64,000 bases of DNA, taken from positions 32,001 through 96,000 of the IMG/VR virus record IMGVR_UViG_3300010340_000989; one strand, written 5' to 3'. Both the position numbers and the translations under genes were made by a program. This DNA is from a virus (Duplodnaviria > Caudoviricetes). The notes beneath the pieces were generated by a model. It was not told where the DNA came from. It saw only the letters and a list, made by a program, of their open reading frames with translations, and did not search any database. This document shows, piece by piece, positions 59,123 to 64,000 of this stretch. The first letter of the stretch is position 1. The number at the start of each line of letters is the position of its first letter.

Positions 59123-59875
59123 ATGAAGATATTTACCAAGAAATTTTTTAACTATTTAAAAAGTAAAGATTCTAAAGGATCTAAAATATTGTTTTTAACA
59201 ACATCAAATCGTTGGTCAGGTGAAAAAGAACTACCAAAATCATCGGAATTAGCTATTGAAATAAGAAATAAATTAAAAAACTGCGAGGTTATAGATATTT
59301 CAAAATTAAAGATATTTCCTTGTGAGGGAAATGTTTCTAAAAATGGTGGAAATAATTGTGGTATAAAAGACGCTATGTTAAAAGATGATAAGAAAAATCC
59401 ACATAAAATTGTCAGATGTTGGGCTTCTGTTAATAACCCAACAGATGAAATGTACATTGTTGCTAACAAAATATATGAATCAGATATCATAGTATTTTTT
59501 GGATCTATTAGATGGGGTAAAATGAATGCAGTTTATACTCAACTTATTGAAAGATTAACTTGGTTAGAAAATAGACACGCTTCATTAGGTGAATCTAATT
59601 TATTGAAAGATAAAGAAGTTGGAATCGTAGCAATGGGTCATAATTGGAACGGTCAAGATGCTGTTGAACTTGAAAAAGAAGTTTTAAAATATTTTGGATT
59701 CCAAACACCAAAAGAACTATCATTTAATAGACAATGGACGACTGATCCTACTGATGAAAGTCTAAAAGGATATAAACAAGACTATAAAGACTTCTTAAAA
59801 GAAAAGACTCTCTTAGATAGTCTAAAAGAGTCGTATAGAGATTTCTCGGATTGGATTAATAATAAATTTAGTTAA
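59123..59875 (+). CDS. Flavodoxin-fold NAD(P)H-dependent FMN reductase / iron-sulfur flavoprotein-like
   Basis: LFLTTSNR...S, IFPCEG...C...C, DEM, SDIIVF, LIERL. Confidence 0.8.
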   Translation: MKIFTKKFFNYLKSKDSKGSKILFLTTSNRWSGEKELPKSSELAIEIRNKLKNCEVIDISKLKIFPCEGNVSKNGGNNCGIKDAMLKDDKKNPHKIVRCWASVNNPTDEMYIVANKIYESDIIVFFGSIRWGKMNAVYTQLIERLTWLENRHASLGESNLLKDKEVGIVAMGHNWNGQDAVELEKEVLKYFGFQTPKELSFNRQWTTDPTDESLKGYKQDYKDFLKEKTLLDSLKESYRDFSDWINNKFS

Positions 59876-60083
59876 ATGCCATAAGTATCTTTTTACCAAG
59901 AACAATATCAACTATTTTAGTATCTTCAATATCCATCTTACGATAGTTTTTTAAAATATTAACATAATCAGATTTATCTTCATTAGATTGAAGAATGTTT
60001 GATAAAGAATCACACATAGAAGTCAATGTATTATCATACTTAGTTAATACATTCCAAAGTATATTTCTTTCTGTGTTTGTCAT
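59868..60083 (-). CDS. Hypothetical protein
   Basis: Promoter TTTG-N20-TATATTTG at 60088-60119. Confidence 0.6.
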   Translation of the reverse strand: MTNTERNILWNVLTKYDNTLTSMCDSLSNILQSNEDKSDYVNILKNYRKMDIEDTKIVDIVLGKKILMAFN

Positions 60084-60109
60084 ATGACAAATATACGGAG
60101 AAAGAACAA

Positions 60110-60439
60110 CTAAACCAAAATTTTATCTATCTTGTTTTCTCTATAATTACTGATAATTTTAGTAATTAATTCATCTTTATCTTTATAAGAAACACCAGTC
60201 AATTCAGATATAACAGCAACAAACATAAGAGATACGTCACTCTCACAGTCAATCTTTTTCCACTCACCATTAAGTCTGAAAAATACCTCTCCATCATTAG
60301 TTATTTCTAATAACTTTTCATTACTTGGTGAATTTATAGTAAGAGTATTTGGTGATTGAATATATGATAATGTGTTATTGTTTGTAAAATTTGATATATC
60401 AATTGAATTAGATTGTGTCATATATGTTATATGACACAA
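60110..60439 (-). CDS. Hypothetical protein with C-terminal tag
   Basis: ends YRENKIDKILV. Confidence 0.65.
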   Translation of the reverse strand: MCHITYMTQSNSIDISNFTNNNTLSYIQSPNTLTINSPSNEKLLEITNDGEVFFRLNGEWKKIDCESDVSLMFVAVISELTGVSYKDKDELITKIISNYRENKIDKILV

Positions 60440-60467
60440 TCATAACTAAGTTATAGTATCGATAAGA

Positions 60468-60668
60468 CTATTTGATAATATCATTCATTTCAATTACTCC
60501 ATAGTAATCTCTGTTATCATTTTGTGAAAAATTCTTCCCTGATGCTAGATATTTATCGATTGCTTCTTCACTATTATTAGCTAATACTAATTTAGAGTAG
60601 TAAACACTATATGATTCACGATCACCTCCATCATCACCTATCCAAAAACATAAATAAAACTTTTCCAT
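60468..60668 (-). CDS. Hypothetical protein
   Basis: VLANNSEEAI small phage-type domain. Confidence 0.6.
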   Translation of the reverse strand: MEKFYLCFWIGDDGGDRESYSVYYSKLVLANNSEEAIDKYLASGKNFSQNDNRDYYGVIEMNDIIK

Positions 60669-61027
60669 TATTTGATGTAGTTTTTATATTTTTGATTATA
60701 ACTAACTGGTATTGACTCACATCTTTCAAGTCTCTCTTTTAATAGAAGCATTTTAAAGGACTTAGAACTATTAAACAGAGATTTTTTCTCAATCTTATAT
60801 AAATCAATTATTCTATTCTCAACAAAATAAACATAATAAGCACTATATCTTTGTCGAGAATCTGCTACTTTCTCAATAGACTCTAGATTTAGATCGATAT
60901 CTGGGATTCGATTCTTGAAATTTCTAGCAATATTATAAAAATGTTGACGAGTCTCGTCATATCCATTTGAGATTAACATTTTTGAAATGTTATTATCAAT
61001 GTGATTTTTAATTGTCTCCGCTTTCAT
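60668..61027 (-). CDS. Hypothetical protein
   Basis: ORF in operon. Confidence 0.6.
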   Translation of the reverse strand: MKAETIKNHIDNNISKMLISNGYDETRQHFYNIARNFKNRIPDIDLNLESIEKVADSRQRYSAYYVYFVENRIIDLYKIEKKSLFNSSKSFKMLLLKERLERCESIPVSYNQKYKNYIK

Positions 61028-61430
61028 TTTCTAATATTTTACTAATTAAATAGTCTCTCGACCAACTTTTATCATCAAAGATAAATCCACTATACAATCC
61101 TGAAATTAAATAACCATCAATTGTAAGAAGACCACCTCTTCTTTGCAAAGATATGAATTTTTTCTTAATTTTCCAATTTTGAGACAATATTTGAAGGAAT
61201 CGATCCTTAAAAGGTATTAGATAATAAGTAGGTAACTCATTAGAATGTCTACGCTCATCTGGATCGATTCTATATCTAACCTTTATTCTTAAAGTATCAA
61301 TTATTCTAATTGAACCCTCATGAGCAGCAAATATAGGAACTTTATAGTCTATTTGTATTTTATAATCAGATAGTTTTCTGATTCTAAACCGACCATCCTC
61401 GTTTTTCAATTCTTCTATAATTGGGTTCAT
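61008..61430 (-). CDS. Hypothetical protein with C-terminal tag
   Basis: SRDYLISKILE. Confidence 0.6.
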   Translation of the reverse strand: MNPIIEELKNEDGRFRIRKLSDYKIQIDYKVPIFAAHEGSIRIIDTLRIKVRYRIDPDERRHSNELPTYYLIPFKDRFLQILSQNWKIKKKFISLQRRGGLLTIDGYLISGLYSGFIFDDKSWSRDYLISKILENESGDN

Positions 61431-61938
61431 CTTTTATTTTCTGTAAGTATGAGATTAGTTTAAGTAATTCAGTATCATCTGAATCATCTGTAAATTCCTT
61501 TATTAAAATTAAGTTACCATAGTTATTAACAGCGGTTTCTTTTTTATCATCAATTATTAAAATATTATTTAAATCATATCCACTCTTCTTCAATTTATTA
61601 AGATTTTTTATGCCATAGTAATCCGAGTAATCGTAACTAAGTTTGATAGTACATTTATCTTTTGTATAAAAGAACTTTAATGATGATTCTAATATTCCGA
61701 TGTTTTTTATAATTTCTTTTGCGTAATCTTCTCCTGCTGCAGTCCAGATTGCAACATCAAAATTTTCATAAGCAAAATCTAAAAACTGATCAAGATAAGG
61801 ACGTTTTTTAGTATAATATAAAGATTTTCCATTTCCTTTAAACTTAAAATCATAATCATACTTATCTGCATATTCATCTGGAACATTTTCAGTATGGATT
61901 AGAGTTTCATCAATATCAAGAATTAAAAGAGGTTTCAT
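61384..61938 (-). CDS. HAD phosphatase, FCP1/SCP (NIF) family
   Basis: LILDIDETLIH, KRPYLDQFL, WTAAGEDYA, IIDD. Confidence 0.88.
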   Translation of the reverse strand: MKPLLILDIDETLIHTENVPDEYADKYDYDFKFKGNGKSLYYTKKRPYLDQFLDFAYENFDVAIWTAAGEDYAKEIIKNIGILESSLKFFYTKDKCTIKLSYDYSDYYGIKNLNKLKKSGYDLNNILIIDDKKETAVNNYGNLILIKEFTDDSDDTELLKLISYLQKIKDEPNYRRIEKRGWSV

Positions 61939-61941
61939 TTA

Positions 61942-62532
61942 TTATATATTTTTTAAATACTTTTTATTCACAAAATAGAGTAAAAACCCAGTTAATGCAC
62001 CACCTACGTGTGCCCAATGTCCTACACCATCTGATGTTGAAAACATACCAAGTAATACTTCTATGACAATCAATGCACCAACCATATATTTTGCTTTGAT
62101 TCCAATTGGGATAAAGAATAAATATAGTTTTTCATTTGGATGAATGATTGAGAATAATACAAGCAATCCAAATAAAGCACCAGATGCGCCAACCATAGGT
62201 ATATTTACACTATTTGTTAATGACATATGTAATAGTGCAGAACCTATTCCACATAGTAAGTAAAATGGTACAAACTTCTTCTCACCAAGAAATTTCTCAA
62301 CGAATGGACCTATACTTAGTAGAGCTAACATATTAAATATAATATGAATAAATCCAGCATGTAAAAATTGATGTGTGATAAGTTGCCAAGGATAAAAGTT
62401 ATCACCTTTATATGACCATTGTGCAAAATATTCAAATACACTGAAATTTATACAAGCTAATATTAGCGTGAGTGAAAAAGCCAGTACATTGATCCAAAAG
62501 ATTTTTTTAATTAGAGGTGTTCCTTCAAACAT
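61942..62532 (-). CDS. Rhomboid intramembrane serine protease
   Basis: WQLITHQFLH, HIIFNM, GASG, AHVGG; promoter TATATTTG 62551-62558. Confidence 0.92.
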   Translation of the reverse strand: MFEGTPLIKKIFWINVLAFSLTLILACINFSVFEYFAQWSYKGDNFYPWQLITHQFLHAGFIHIIFNMLALLSIGPFVEKFLGEKKFVPFYLLCGIGSALLHMSLTNSVNIPMVGASGALFGLLVLFSIIHPNEKLYLFFIPIGIKAKYMVGALIVIEVLLGMFSTSDGVGHWAHVGGALTGFLLYFVNKKYLKNI

Positions 62533-62568
62533 ATTTTTTTATTTAGAACACAAATATACAAATAAAAT

Positions 62569-62928
62569 CTAAGATAACAAGTTTTTTATTTTCACATCAC
62601 GTTGAATATTCTTTATTATATTCAGTTTTTCCATATGATCTTCATATATTTGTGATGATGGATCCATCAAAGTCCTTGATGTCCATCTTTTTAACTTTTC
62701 AGTTAAATAAATTAATTCAATTTCAGTAATTTCTTTAGAATTATATTTCAACCAATCTTTTTGTATATAATCTGGCATTTTCTCAATATCATTGAATTTA
62801 TCTAAAGAATCTGTTAATATCATATATCTATCATCATTCTTAATTATAAGATGCACTATCTTAACTAGTGATTGATCATCATAGTATTCAAGATGAGTCA
62901 CATATTCACCAAATGGTAGGTCTTTCAT
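62569..62928 (-). CDS. Hypothetical protein with C-terminal tag
   Basis: ends QRDVKIKNLLS. Confidence 0.7.
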   Translation of the reverse strand: MKDLPFGEYVTHLEYYDDQSLVKIVHLIIKNDDRYMILTDSLDKFNDIEKMPDYIQKDWLKYNSKEITEIELIYLTEKLKRWTSRTLMDPSSQIYEDHMEKLNIIKNIQRDVKIKNLLS

Positions 62929-64000
62929 TTGAATTTCTTTTTAAGTTCAGATAAATCATCAATATACATATCTTTTGGTTCTATAAGTTTAAGTTTTTCA
63001 ATTTCTTCTTTCTTAGAAGCAAAATCTTCTTTCAACTTATCAAACATTTCTTTAGTTAAAGAATAGATTGCCATTCTTAAAAGATAATCATAAGATCCAT
63101 CTATCATTTCAATAGCTAGTGATTCTATTTGAGATATAATCTCTTCTTTAGATTTGTTATTAACAATAATCTTACCATCTAAAATAGCTTTGATAAATTT
63201 ACCACGGTTTCCTAAAATTTTAAGCTCATATTGTAACTTATTAAGTTGATGATCTTTTCTAATTTGATAATATGATAATCTAAAATCAACAAAGTATTTT
63301 ATGATATCATCAACACTTTCGAATATTTTTAATTTTCCAGTTTCATCAAGTGTATTGAAATTCTCAGTCTCTGATTCTACTAATTTCAGTAAGTTAAATA
63401 GTTTATCATCTGAAAGTGTATCTAAACCAGCTCTTGTAAATTTAATTGTGTAATCGACATTATCTTTACAATTATCTTCATAAGATACAATATCTTTATT
63501 TTCCACTAATTTATCAAGTATTTCTTCATATTTTTCATATGTCATTGAAGGTGGTAGTTCTGTTATTTTAACAGTAGAGGAATTAGCTCTTTCAAATTTA
63601 CCTCTTATATACCATTTCTTACTATTTTCAGTATCTTGTGTATAAGTACCTGTAAATCCAATTAGAGATGGTTTAACAGTAGTAATTTTTTTACCATTTA
63701 AGTATTTAACACAAACATCTATAATTTCTTTAACATCTCTATTTAATATATTAGAAGCAAATCCAACTGCAATACCAGAACCACCATTTATTAAAACCGT
63801 TGGAATAATAGGTAAAAAGAATTTGGGTTCAATTTTTTCACCTTCTTCTTCTTTATATTCAAGTAATTCAAAATCTTTATACATAAGTCTAAAATTAGGA
63901 CTTAATTTAGTACCAATATATCTTGGAGCACCAGCTTGTGGAGATCTTAAAGATCCGAATTGACCATCTTCTTCTAAGAGTGGAGCATTGTTTTTAAATT
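62925..64000 (-). CDS. Type II topoisomerase, gp52/GyrA-like subunit (5' part outside window)
   Basis: Frame open to window end: GQFGSLRSPQAGAPRY (catalytic Tyr), EP.FFLPIIP.VL.NG..GIAVGF, ITELP. Confidence 0.92.
   Translation of the reverse strand, partial: FKNNAPLLEEDGQFGSLRSPQAGAPRYIGTKLSPNFRLMYKDFELLEYKEEEGEKIEPKFFLPIIPTVLINGGSGIAVGFASNILNRDVKEIIDVCVKYLNGKKITTVKPSLIGFTGTYTQDTENSKKWYIRGKFERANSSTVKITELPPSMTYEKYEEILDKLVENKDIVSYEDNCKDNVDYTIKFTRAGLDTLSDDKLFNLLKLVESETENFNTLDETGKLKIFESVDDIIKYFVDFRLSYYQIRKDHQLNKLQYELKILGNRGKFIKAILDGKIIVNNKSKEEIISQIESLAIEMIDGSYDYLLRMAIYSLTKEMFDKLKEDFASKKEEIEKLKLIEPKDMYIDDLSELKKKFK

Noticed and set aside
21166-59490. Overlapping ORFs 21166, 22270, 30470, 34728, 36953, 39141, 39277, 40577, 41748, 43653, 47247, 51992, 53607, 59152
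   Set aside because: Nested in or antisense to better-supported genes, with no motifs
1-64000. Stop-codon reassignment
   Set aside because: Conserved enzymes are full length under code 11, and TAA, TAG and TGA all end genes at plausible points
1-64000. Cellular chromosome or eukaryotic giant virus origin
   Set aside because: gp52-like topoisomerase, T4-like capsid tags, Bacteroidota promoters and T9SS domains with overlapping operons fit a bacteriophage, though no terminase or full capsid gene is in the window

Overview
AT-rich, densely coding segment of a large T4-like (jumbo) phage, most likely infecting Bacteroidota. Host evidence: TAnnTTTG promoters, T9SS type-B sorting domains and lipoproteins. 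Standard genetic code; no tRNA, rRNA or CRISPR array seen. 1-13.5 kb holds a truncated putative virion gene, a structured ~108-nt element and three tandem ~1300-aa beta-solenoid paralogs. 13.5-64 kb is an accessory region with four orphan DNA methyltransferases, five homing-endonuclease-like genes, a SET protein, M28 peptidase, hemerythrin, an anticodon-less Asn-type aaRS core, a MoxR AAA+/VWA pair, 2H phosphoesterase, CCA-type nucleotidyltransferase, flavoprotein, HAD phosphatase, rhomboid and the 3' part of a gp52-like topoisomerase II subunit. The main result is a two-tag organisation of the hypothetical genes. (1) About 20 proteins start with a T4 internal-protein-like capsid-targeting peptide (MKSYKQFINES / MKHLKRFNEE) and lie behind a TAATATATA promoter-like motif. 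(2) More than 20 mostly unrelated small minus-strand proteins share a C-terminal helix R-[DE]-x-K-[IL]-x-x-[IL]-[LF] of unknown function, in operons often headed by host-type promoters. Other notable items are a stand-alone major-capsid-like fragment, a cargo-less T9SS substrate, a possible tRNA-end repair set and several recombination scars.
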